A DNA stretch of 32,000 nt from Candidatus Saccharimonadota bacterium (GTDB lineage: Bacteria > Bacteroidota > Bacteroidia > Cytophagales > Amoebophilaceae): the NCBI RefSeq assembly GCF_936981045.1, contig NZ_OW441264.1:570001-602000 (forward strand). Direction: 5' to 3'. A program made the position numbers and the translations under genes. Positions 8,091 through 16,743 of the stretch are shown here, one piece after another. How positions within the stretch are numbered: the first letter of the stretch is position 1; the number at the start of each line of letters is the position of its first letter. Under the pieces are notes generated by a model. That model ran no database searches. It saw only the letters and a program-made list of their open reading frames with translations, and was not told the origin of the DNA.

Positions 8091-9242
8091 GGTTTTGTCG
8101 CGTTTATTCTAAAAAATCATTATTTTAGTATCTGCAGTTAAAAAAGTAGTTATTATGTTTAATATTTCGCCCAAATTATTACCTTATTTTAAGGGCTATT
8201 GTTCTTCAGCAGAAGTCATCCTGTTATTTGTCTAGATGAAGTATTGTTTTTCCTTGAGCTATAGAGATTTGGAAGATATGATGCGTATGAGAGGCGCAAG
8301 AGTTGATCATTCTACGCTACAAAGATGGGTTATTAAGTTTGTTCCTCTTATAGATGAAGCAGTAAGCAAAAGAAAACGACCAGTTGGTGGTAGTTGGAGA
8401 ATGGATGAAACCTATGTTAAACTAAACGGGAAGTGGATCTATTTATATAGAGCAGTAGATCGTTATGGTGATACAGTTAACTTTTTTTTATCTGAGCATA
8501 GAGACAAGTCTGCAGCTTTTTCTTTTTTTCGTAAGGCGATCACAGAAAATAATATTCCTAAGAAAGTAGTAATTGACAAAAGCGGTAGTAATAAAGCTGC
8601 CCTTGATACGATCAATACAGAACTTGATCAAGATTATACCATTCAAATATTTCAAAACAAATACTTGAATAATAGAGTTGAACAAGATCATAGGTTTATC
8701 AAAAAACGGCTAAAACCTATGCTTAGTTTTAAGTGTTTTAAGTCTGCAGCCATTGCACGCCGGCACAGGTGTGCAACAAATGGGGTGTAAGTCCCCTGAC
8801 TCTAATTTGTCTATTTCGGGAGTCTAGCAGGAGGTTGGATTTGTGGGGTGATTCACAGGTTTAAGTTACCTTTAAATGCATCTGCAAAATAGCGGGCTGC
8901 AACAAAAGTGAACCTAAATTAGCCTCGTTAAGCCGTTTAAGCGCATTTGCCGACTATCTAGTGGCTACAGGAAGGCTGATAGTAGGATGGAAAAAATAGA
9001 CCATGACCATCATACAAGTGCCGGGGTGTTAGGGGTTGCACGCTATGAATGTTTCACATCGTAGTCCGGGAGATCTGATATGAATCCAGTAGGCCACTGG
9101 AAACTTTATTGTATAAGTAAAGCGAAATCAATAAGGGTGATATCAGAAGTCCGCGGGGTCTATAATACCGTTCGTATTGATTGGGAAACCACTCAAGAGG
9201 AAAGGGACCCTACTTCAGTTAACGAGTTTAAAAGAGTTGAGA

Positions 9243-10554
9243 ATGTCTGATTGCCCTAAAGCTATGAACGGAACATTAAAAGTTCAGCAACTCCAAAGAA
9301 CTCTATATCTCAAATCCAAGCAATGTAAGGAAGTCAGATTTTATAGTATATATGATAAAATTTATCTAAAAGATGTACTTTGGGAAGCTTGGCGTCAAGT
9401 CAAAGCAAATCAAGGTTCAGCAGGGATTGATGGTAAAAGCATAAGTGATATAATAGATCAAGGTGAGGCAAAGATTATCAATAAATTGCAGCAGCAACTA
9501 CGCGCAAAGCTATACAAATTTACCTCAAGCAGGTTGGTAGAAATACCCAAAGCTAAAGGTGGAACAAGGCCACTAGAGGTAATGACCGTAGAAGATCTCA
9601 TAGTGCTCACAGCAATGAAAATAGTCATTGAACCGATCTTCGAAGCTGATTTTCATGAATGTTCATACGGCTATAGACCGAAACGAGGAGCCAAACAAGC
9701 GAGTTTAGTGATCCGAGAAGATCTATACCAGCAGGCATGGGGCGTAGTTGAGATTGATTTTCAATCATACTTTACTAGCATCTCACACGAAAAGTTATTA
9801 AAACTTATTAGTAAAAGGATAGCAGATGGCAGTATGTTGAAGCTAATTAAACAAACCCTAACAACGTCAATAGTAAAACAAGGTAAAATTACATGCAAGA
9901 AAGTTGGAGTACCGCAAGGATCACCAATATCACCGTTGTATAGTAATCTACCTAAATGTTATAGACCAAGTGTGGCACTCAAGGGGGTATCCAGAAAAGC
10001 TAAGCGCAACCTTGCATAGGTATTGTGATGATGCAATTTTGGTATGTCGTAAGAGTGCTAGCTTAGCGCTGGAGAAATTCACAGAATTAGTAAAGAGGTT
10101 ATCGCTCATTATTAACCACCAAAAGACACGAATAACGAAACTGAAAGAAGGCTTTAACTTCATAGGTTTTTACTTTGTAAAAAGAAAGAGTTCAACAAGT
10201 GGCAGAAATAGCATTTATGTATTTCCAACGAAACAATCCCAACAAAGCATCTGTAACAGACTAAAATACCTGACTTGTAGAAGAGCACTAATCAAACCTC
10301 AAACATTCATCGAGCAAATAAAACCAGTAGTGTTAGGATGGGTTAACTATTTTAAACATACGAATGCGAGTGAAGCTTTTGTTAGATTGCAGGACTTTAT
10401 TAATAACCGATTTCGCAGATACTTAACCCATAGAAGAAAAGGCCGTGGGTGTGGGTGGCAAAGCTATCCCAATAGCAAACTCTATACAATGGGGATGTTG
10501 TACATTGGTAGTGGAATGATTAAGTATCCTGAGAGAGTTGTGCAAAGTTTATGA
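9243..10554 (+). pseudogene. Group II intron reverse transcriptase/maturase, frameshifted, no endonuclease domain evident
   Basis: RT blocks: QGSAGIDG, YRPKRGAKQA, VEIDFQSYFTSISH, GVPQGSPISPLYSNL. After a frame change near 9947-9952: YLNVIDQ..LHRYCDDAILVC. X/maturase region: GWVNYFKH. There are no HNH motifs before the stop. Confidence 0.8.
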
Positions 10555-10568
10555 AGAAGACTGTCGGA

Positions 10569-10601
10569 CCGCCGTATTCGGGAAAACTGAACGTACGGTG
10601 G
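10569..10601 (+). ncRNA. Group II intron domain V
   Basis: CCGCCGTAT-TCGG-GAAAA-CTGA-AC-GTACGGTGG folds as a two-part helix with an AC bulge and a CGC triad position, the canonical D5 architecture. Confidence 0.8.
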
Positions 10602-11245
10602 GATGAGAAGGGAATGGGTAAACAATGAAGAATCAAGTTAGTCAGCTACTGTATTGCGAGCAATCAGAAGCAATAGATATGCTTAATTTTAAGTGGTCCA
10701 ACCATTTCTTTACTCTAGACCATTGTAGAGATAGAAAACATTCCTATGATTCAAAAAGGACAAGTAATCGGAGCTAAAAATCATCTTTCTACTTTTGAGA
10801 ATTTTGTTATGCTAATGGCCGAATAATAACCAATATATATCCAAAACTTCACTTAAAAGAAAAGACGTTACTAACGAAAATATAGACGCGACAGAACCCG
10901 GATACAAACTAGAAAACAATACGTCTAAATATTATTTATAATTAATATTATATTATCTCATAATCAGAATAAAAAATAAAAATATTAAATCTTTACTTTA
11001 ATATTTACAGCTATATATACCCCATTTTTAATCCCTTTAATCGAGTATGAAGCTGAATAAAATATTGTAAAAAAAATATATAAACTCATTATCATATATA
11101 TATGTGTAATTGTAAATCTCTTACTTTAACATGTAGGGTTTAAAAAAGGTGGTCGAAACTACTATTGTATAGTATCATCTTTTTTCTTAAAATTGAGGTT
11201 AAATACCTAAAGATTAGGTTGCTTTACATTTAGAAGGTTGAAACT

Positions 11246-11824
11246 ATGAACAGGGAACAGCCACTTATTAACCGACTTGTACTTTACTTTTTTAGAGGAT
11301 TGCTATTGATTATTCCATTAGGTGGAACGCTTTATTTAATTTCAGTGATATTGCTGAAAATAGATGGATTTGTTAGCCTTAGCATTCCAGGTCTGGGCAT
11401 GTTCATTATAGTGGCCTCTATAACGTTATTAGGATATATAGGTACTACCTTATTAGTTAAGTCAGTATTTGGATTTACAGAAGGACTAATCAAAAAAGTT
11501 CCCTTTATTCGTGCGCTCTATTCTTATTTAAAAGATTTTACTTCAGCTTTTGTAAACAGCAAAGGAAAGTTTGATAAGCCTGTTATCATTCTAACGAATA
11601 AAACCACTCAGATCTATAGGATAGGGTTTATTACAAAAGAATCGTTAGAAGTACTTTCTATGCCTAATCATGTAGCGGTTTATCTCCCTAATGCTTATGA
11701 TTTGGCTGGCATCCTTATTATTGTTCCTGCAGAATTGGTTACACCTTTGGATTTGCCTGGTTCTGAAGTGATGAAGTTTAACTTTTCTGGAGGGATCACA
11801 CCACTAAAAAATACCGATGGTTAA
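11246..11824 (+). CDS. DUF502-like membrane protein
   Basis: 192 aa. Two N-terminal TM helices are followed by a soluble region with the pattern P..GL.........P.P..G typical of COG2928/DUF502. The assignment is from memory of the family. Confidence 0.6.
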   Translation: MNREQPLINRLVLYFFRGLLLIIPLGGTLYLISVILLKIDGFVSLSIPGLGMFIIVASITLLGYIGTTLLVKSVFGFTEGLIKKVPFIRALYSYLKDFTSAFVNSKGKFDKPVIILTNKTTQIYRIGFITKESLEVLSMPNHVAVYLPNAYDLAGILIIVPAELVTPLDLPGSEVMKFNFSGGITPLKNTDG

Positions 11825-11977
11825 GAAGATATTCCAGATTTGGATAAAGTAGTATAGCAGCAGGCTATATGAAACTAAAGTGGTTATTTTAAAGCACTTT
11901 TTTGCACGGTCCATTTTTTTTGCAATATTGCGATGCGGCTACAGTCCGTAACGCATGGGAAGTATGTTTTATTTCTA

Positions 11978-12067
11978 GGAGGGTTGGCAGAGTGGTTTAA
12001 TGCAACGGTCTTGAAAACCGTGGTGCTTTTAACGGTACCGAGGGTTCGAATCCCTCACCCTCCTCCA
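11978..12067 (+). tRNA. tRNA-Ser (anticodon UGA), CCA encoded
   Basis: Cloverleaf: acceptor GGAGGGT/ACCCTCC, anticodon stem ACGGT/ACCGT with loop CTTGAAA, long variable arm, T-arm GAGGGTTCGAATCCCTC. Confidence 0.9.
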
Positions 12068-12080
12068 TAGAAGTTTATTA

Positions 12081-12320
12081 ACGTGAGTTCGGAATTTATT
12101 TGAGTGATTTACAACAATTTAATATCAATTATTTAGTTAATATTTGCACCTATTTAACAAGTTTTTATATCTAATTTTATAAATATAATATATATAATAA
12201 ACTGATTATAAGAATTATTTGTTATTCAACTACCTATTTAACTGTCTATAAAACAAATTTTATAAATTTTCATTGATATTGATTTTCAAATGAAAAAATA
12301 ATCTAATCCCGAACTCACGT
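12081..12320 (+). mobile_element. MITE (type 1), copy 2
   Basis: Same termini and interior as 7589-7828. Flanked by TATTA on both sides. Lies 13 nt downstream of tRNA-Ser. Confidence 0.85.
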
Positions 12321-12856
12321 TATTAAGTAAATATATGCCAAAGATACGTAGCTTGCATTAATTTTAGCGAAAGGTTATTATTACCTAAACTAATACAACC
12401 AGAACTTTTTGTAAAACATTCTAGAAATGCCCAACTCAAGAAGGGTGGGATGGGATTATTAAACCTTACTTACGAAGTAAAGTAGCGTTTTAATGTGGTT
12501 GCTAAAGTGAGATACAAGTCTAAGGGGTTTGTTATAGGTTGGCCTGTTAAGAAGTGTTTTTTAATAAGTTTAGCAGGAAAATGGATGGTCCATTTGCTAT
12601 AATTTCTACTCGTCCCCATTGACTAGTTATAGAGCAATCATTGTATTATGTTTTTGTAATTTTTTTATTAGAAGTGCTAATATATCAGGGGAATGAGCAT
12701 AAAAATTACTTTTTTTGCTTGATCAAAAAGTAGCCCAAAAATCAAGCACAACCACCTTTTTGATCTTATCCAACGGAGTTATTCCCTATAGAGGTTTACC
12801 AACAGGAGACAGACAAATGGATTAATCCACATCAGGAGGGATATGAAAAACCAATC

Positions 12857-13537
12857 TTGGACAAAAAGATGCAACAATCTTATGTCAAAAATTTACATAA
12901 AGGTCTTTTTGCCACTGCATCTCCTTGGGATCAAGCCTACGTTAAACAGGTTCTGCAAACAGACATCTGGGCTAGCGAAAAAAAACAGTTTACAATATTT
13001 TCTAATCAGGATGATCTATCGCAAGCCAAATGGTATGGCCTTAAATTTATACTTTATCCACACAAAAAGATACAAAATATAGCCGATACCATCCCCTTAG
13101 ACAAACTGAAAAGATTATCCTTTCATAAAGAAAACAGGGCAATAACCACTAAGAATTTAGCCGCAAGAAGCCTACCTACAACAGATATTTATGTGCGCAG
13201 CATTATGCCGGGCTATGGCTATCCGCTTGACAAGCTACAAGCTTCTGCGCTCTTTATTGGTACCCCTATTTATATTATAAACCAAACGAAAGATAAACGC
13301 TGGTCGCTTGTTATAACACCAGACTTTATTGTATGGGTTGAAAGCAAGGGAGTAGCCTATACCAATGATCGCTTTATTGAAAAGTGGAAATCTATTGCAA
13401 AAGAAAAGCTTGCTGCGATTATACAAACAGATACAGCTTTAGTCAATCAACAAGGAAGCTATTTAGCAACAGCTTATATTGGCACATTGTTTCCAGCACT
13501 TAGTGCTATCAACCTAAGTTCGGGATTAGCTTGTTAA
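12857..13537 (+). pseudogene. NlpC/P60-type cell-wall endopeptidase, N-terminal and SH3b-like part only, truncated by IS982
   Basis: The region ..RSLPTTD..YGYPLDKLQASALFIGTPIYII..DKRWSLVITPDFIVWV resembles the SH3b domains preceding C40 catalytic domains. There is no catalytic domain, and the last ~9 codons are IS982 TIR sequence. The frame is open from 12764 with no convincing start or signal peptide. Confidence 0.45.
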
Positions 13538-14512
13538 AAAATAGCTTTAAAAAGCTCCTTTGTGTTTTAAATTTGGAGATAAAAAAATACTAACCAGATT
13601 ATCTAAAGGAGCCAGTTATGAATGTAGAAAAATTAGTTGAAATATATTATGCTGTTAATGAATTTCTCATAAAGTTTATGCCATATATGGAAAAACAACT
13701 GTTAACCAACTCTAAAAGAAAACCCACTAGAACTTGTTCATTAACTTTGAGTGAAATAATGACTGTTCTTATTGCCTTTCATGTGATTGGTTTTAGAAAT
13801 TTTAAGTCTTATTATATTCATTTACAGAAATTTCATTCTAGTGAATTTGGAAAGTTAGTAAGATACAATAGATTTATAGAACTGATCCAAAGAACGTTAG
13901 TTCCCTTGTACTGTTTTACACAAAGTCTTTCTAAAACAAAAACAGGTTGTTATTTTATGGATGCAACAGCCATCAAGGTTTGCCATATCAAAAGAGCCTA
14001 TACGCACAGGGTTTTTAAATCGATTGCTACTAAAGGTAAAACCAGCATCGGTTGGTTTTTTGGATTAAAGTTGCACTTGATAGTCAATGATTTAGGAGAA
14101 ATTATGAATTTTCAACTGACCACAGGTAAAACTAATGATAGGCTTCCTGTAGAAAATTTATGTAAACACTTGATGGGTAAAATGTTTGCCGATAAAGGTT
14201 ACATAAGCAAAGATTTATTTAAAAAACTGATCGAGAAAGGCGTGGAACTCATTACCCAGATCAGAAAAAATATGAAAAATGCTTTTATGCCACTCTGGGA
14301 TAAACTGATGCTTAGAAAACGATCTATAATTGAAACTATTATAGATCAGCTCAAAAATATTAGCCAGATAGAACATTCCAGGCATAGAAGCATACCTAAT
14401 TTTCTAGTCAATTTGATAACTGGAATTACAGCTTATGCACTAAAAGAGAAAAAACCTTCTATAACTAATATATATGACTGGTTCACAATACGTCTAATCC
14501 CGAACTGAGGTT
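13511..14512 (+). mobile_element. IS982-family element, copy 2, apparently intact
   Basis: TIRs AACCTAAGTTCGGGATTAG and CTAATCCCGAACTGAGGTT. Contains a single uninterrupted transposase ORF. Confidence 0.9.
13618..14508 (+). CDS. IS982-family DDE transposase (intact)
   Basis: 296 aa with family-typical blocks LSEIMTVLIAFH, GCYFMDATAIKVCH, GWFFGLKLHLIVN, FADKGYIS, RKRSIIETIIDQLKNISQIEHSRHRS. Confidence 0.9.
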   Translation: MNVEKLVEIYYAVNEFLIKFMPYMEKQLLTNSKRKPTRTCSLTLSEIMTVLIAFHVIGFRNFKSYYIHLQKFHSSEFGKLVRYNRFIELIQRTLVPLYCFTQSLSKTKTGCYFMDATAIKVCHIKRAYTHRVFKSIATKGKTSIGWFFGLKLHLIVNDLGEIMNFQLTTGKTNDRLPVENLCKHLMGKMFADKGYISKDLFKKLIEKGVELITQIRKNMKNAFMPLWDKLMLRKRSIIETIIDQLKNISQIEHSRHRSIPNFLVNLITGITAYALKEKKPSITNIYDWFTIRLIPN

Positions 14513-14536
14513 AATAGAGACCTAAATAAAACTTAT

Positions 14537-15880
14537 ATGGCATATGTCTGTACAAATTGTGGGCTTGAATATCCTAAATGGCAAGGGAAGTGTGACGCTT
14601 GCAAGGAATGGAATAGGCTCACCGTATTTACTAAAAAAGGTAGCACCAAGCATGGTATAATTGAAAATCAGTCATCTACCAACCGTCCTAAAAGATTAGA
14701 CGAAATCCAAACGACGACTAGCAAACGCCTGCTATCTGCAGATGCAGAGTTCAATAGAGTACTAGGTGGCGGAATCGTTCCAGGGTCCTTGGTGCTACTA
14801 GGCGGTGAGCCTGGTATTGGTAAATCAACCCTTTTGCTCCAGATAGCGCTACAGTTAAAAGAGGGTAAAGTATTATATGTATCTGGAGAAGAAACAGAAA
14901 ATCAAATCAAAATACGTGCTTCCCGTCTAGGATTGTCCGCTCCAAATTGCTTTTTACTCCAAGCGTGCGCGCTGGTGCAGATCCTTAAACATGCCAATGA
15001 TTTGGACCCAACCTTATTGGTTATAGATTCTATTCAAACCTTATCTTCTGAAGAAGAGGAAGGTATGGTAGGCAGCATCAATCAGATTAGAGCTTGTACA
15101 ACACGATTGTTGCATTACGCCAAAAGTTCAGGCGTGGCTATATTTTTAATAGGGCATATCAATAAGGATGGGGCTTTAGCAGGTCCTAAACTATTGGAAC
15201 ATATGGTAGATACGGTATTGCAGTTCGAAGGAGATAAACCATGCTTATATCGAATGGTACGAACGATAAAGAATAGATTTGGTCCTACCTTAGAACTAGG
15301 TATATATGAAATGAAAGTGAGTGGACTGCATGGTGTTACAAATCCTTCTTCCATACTGCTTTCCCAGCAAGACTATGCTTTAAGTGGCATAGCGATTGGC
15401 TCCTGCTTAGAAGGCACTAGACCCCTAATGCTTGAAATTCAATCCTTGGTAACAGCAACCAGATATGGAAACCCTCAGAGAAATGCTACAGGCTATGACT
15501 CCAGACGGTTGAATATGTTACTAGCTGTATTAGAAAAGCGAACGGGTGTGCGCCTACATGACCGTGATGTATTTTTAAATATTACAGGGGGACTTAGGGT
15601 AGATGATACCGCATTAGATTTGGCCATCTGTATGGCAGTGATAAGTTCTCTACAGGATAAAGTTATCCCGAATTTTAAATGTTTTATAGCAGAAGTAGGG
15701 TTAGGAGGTGAACTTAGGAGCGTACAAAGAATGGAATATAGAATAGCAGAAGCAGAAAAACTGGGATTTAAAGAGGTATTTATAGCGGCTCAGCATCAAC
15801 AACTTTCTAAATCTTTTGGTATAAAAATTAACTTTATAAGTAATCTAAAAGATTGCATCCGCTCAGATAAATGGTTATAA
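14537..15880 (+). CDS. radA: DNA repair protein RadA/Sms
   Basis: N-terminal zinc finger CTNCG..CDAC, Walker A GGEPGIGKST, KNRFG motif, C-terminal Lon-protease-like domain. Confidence 0.95.
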   Translation: MAYVCTNCGLEYPKWQGKCDACKEWNRLTVFTKKGSTKHGIIENQSSTNRPKRLDEIQTTTSKRLLSADAEFNRVLGGGIVPGSLVLLGGEPGIGKSTLLLQIALQLKEGKVLYVSGEETENQIKIRASRLGLSAPNCFLLQACALVQILKHANDLDPTLLVIDSIQTLSSEEEEGMVGSINQIRACTTRLLHYAKSSGVAIFLIGHINKDGALAGPKLLEHMVDTVLQFEGDKPCLYRMVRTIKNRFGPTLELGIYEMKVSGLHGVTNPSSILLSQQDYALSGIAIGSCLEGTRPLMLEIQSLVTATRYGNPQRNATGYDSRRLNMLLAVLEKRTGVRLHDRDVFLNITGGLRVDDTALDLAICMAVISSLQDKVIPNFKCFIAEVGLGGELRSVQRMEYRIAEAEKLGFKEVFIAAQHQQLSKSFGIKINFISNLKDCIRSDKWL

Positions 15881-16026
15881 AGAATGTATATTATGATGCT
15901 TTTTGCTGGATCACAAGTAATGTATACCCTACGTTTTGCTTGATAAAGGTATCATATCTATTCAGCAGCATGGCAATGCCACGAAAAAAATACCCCCCTC
16001 CTCCCCTTGCAAAAAGTTGAGATCAG

Positions 16027-16102
16027 AAATCAGGCCCTGCAGCTGATCAGAAAAACAGCATGCTTAAAGCCCGAAAAGCGAGCAAGCTGCAGGGCCTGAT
16101 TT
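16027..16102. repeat. Long perfect hairpin/palindromic element (18-bp GC-rich arms, 40-nt spacer)
   Basis: AAATCAGGCCCTGCAGCT (16027-16044) is the exact reverse complement of AGCTGCAGGGCCTGATTT (16085-16102). Confidence 0.7.
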
Positions 16103-16147
16103 TAGCAATTTTTTCTAAGGCGTAGTTTTTTATAAAGATAGCTTAAG

Positions 16148-16563
16148 TAGTCGTCCCTGAAGTATTATTTATCTACTTGTTAATCAACATAAAAAATATT
16201 AAAAATCTGTTAAATTTATATTAAAAAATAACCACTTTTTGAGTTGTTTTATATAAAAATCTTGCAAAACAAGGATCAAATTTAAGCAGATATATAATAT
16301 TTGTAGTAACCTGAGTTATAGATTTATTTGCCTGATTTACAAATGTTTAGTATTACTTAATTCGTTAATATCTATATCTACTAAATAAGTATTTTATCTA
16401 TAGATCATATATAATATACTGATAATCAAAATAACTTGTTGTTCAATTATTTTATTTAATTATATACAAGATGAGTTATGTAAAATAAATTTTTATTTAT
16501 ACTGATTATCAATATAAAAAATAATATAATTCAGAACTTATAATAATACTTCAGGGACGACTA
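16148..16563. mobile_element. MITE-like element, type 2 (perfect 22-bp TIRs)
   Basis: TAGTCGTCCCTGAAGTATTATT at 16148-16169 is the exact reverse complement of 16542-16563. Possible 4-bp duplication AAGT. Non-coding AT-rich interior. Confidence 0.65.
16309..16542 (+). repeat. Divergent type-1 MITE-like sequence inside the type-2 element
   Basis: ACCTGAGTTATAGATTTATTTGCCTGATTTACAA... and ...AAAAAATAATATAATTCAGAACTTA parallel the ends and layout of the type-1 MITE, but with many substitutions. Confidence 0.45.
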
Positions 16564-16576
16564 AGTAGATCTGGAC

Positions 16577-16648
16577 GTAGCCCGTAGGGGAATCGAACCC
16601 CTGTTTCCAGGATGAAAACCTGACGTCCTAACCCCTAGACGAACGGGC
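16577..16648 (-). tRNA. tRNA-Glu (anticodon UUC), CCA not encoded
   Basis: The minus strand reads GGCCCGTTCGTCTAGGGGTTAGGACGTCAGGTTTTCATCCTGGAAACAGGGGTTCGATTCCCCTACGGGCTA. The layout closely parallels canonical bacterial tRNA-Glu. Confidence 0.9.
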
Positions 16649-16651
16649 CAT

Positions 16652-16688
16652 ATAAAAAAATAGCTAGCTGATTTACAGCAGCTAGCTA
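16652..16688 (-). terminator. Rho-independent terminator downstream of the OMP gene
   Basis: Perfect 11-bp stem ATAGCTAGCTG/CAGCTAGCTAT with an 8-nt loop, followed on the minus strand by a T-run (7 T, then A, then T). Confidence 0.6.
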
Positions 16689-16743
16689 TCACTAAAGCCA
16701 GGTAAAACAAGGCACTTAAACGTTAGCCCTCCTTACTTCCAGA

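Larger units (their letters stand above)
8767..10720 (+). mobile_element. Group II intron (RT/maturase-encoding); boundaries +/-5 nt
   Basis: GUGUG at 8769-8773. About 475 nt of structured-looking 5' RNA precede the ORF. The RT ORF is followed by a canonical 33-nt domain V at 10569-10601. Removing the intron restores the IS6 transposase frame. Confidence 0.8.
8156..10826 (+). pseudogene. IS6-family transposase, interrupted by the intron and by an in-frame stop
   Basis: N-terminus MFNISPKLLPYFKG..ILLFV, then TAG at 8233-8235, then LSYRDLEDMM..DHSTLQRWV..DETYVKLNGKW..DKSGSN..EQDHRFIKKR..FKSAAIARR. The frame resumes after the intron as (T/S)IAGIENIPMIQKGQ..MAE-stop. Confidence 0.8.
8091..10898 (+). 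mobile_element. IS6-family element carrying a group II intron in its transposase gene
   Basis: TIRs GGTTTTGTCGCG (left) and CGCGACAGAACC (right). About 850 bp of IS6 sequence remains once the ~1.95-kb intron is subtracted. Confidence 0.85.

Noticed and set aside
9177-9242. Upstream extension of the intron RT ORF given in the ORF track (start at 9177).
   Set aside because: The extension begins at a non-ATG codon inside what should be structured intron RNA (domains I-IV). The ATG at 9243 gives an N-terminus followed shortly by the usual RT0-like region (LYLKSKQ..FYSIYDKIY..).
11877-11904. Weak hairpin (AAAGTG..CACTTT plus a T-run) downstream of the DUF502-like gene, considered as a terminator.
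   Set aside because: It has only a 6-bp AT-rich stem with a 12-nt loop. The predicted stability is too low to call with confidence.
12843-13082. 79-aa ORF overlapping the start of the NlpC/P60-like fragment in another frame.
   Set aside because: The alternative frame (12857-13537) carries the recognisable SH3b-like sequence. This ORF is basic, low-complexity and has no motif.
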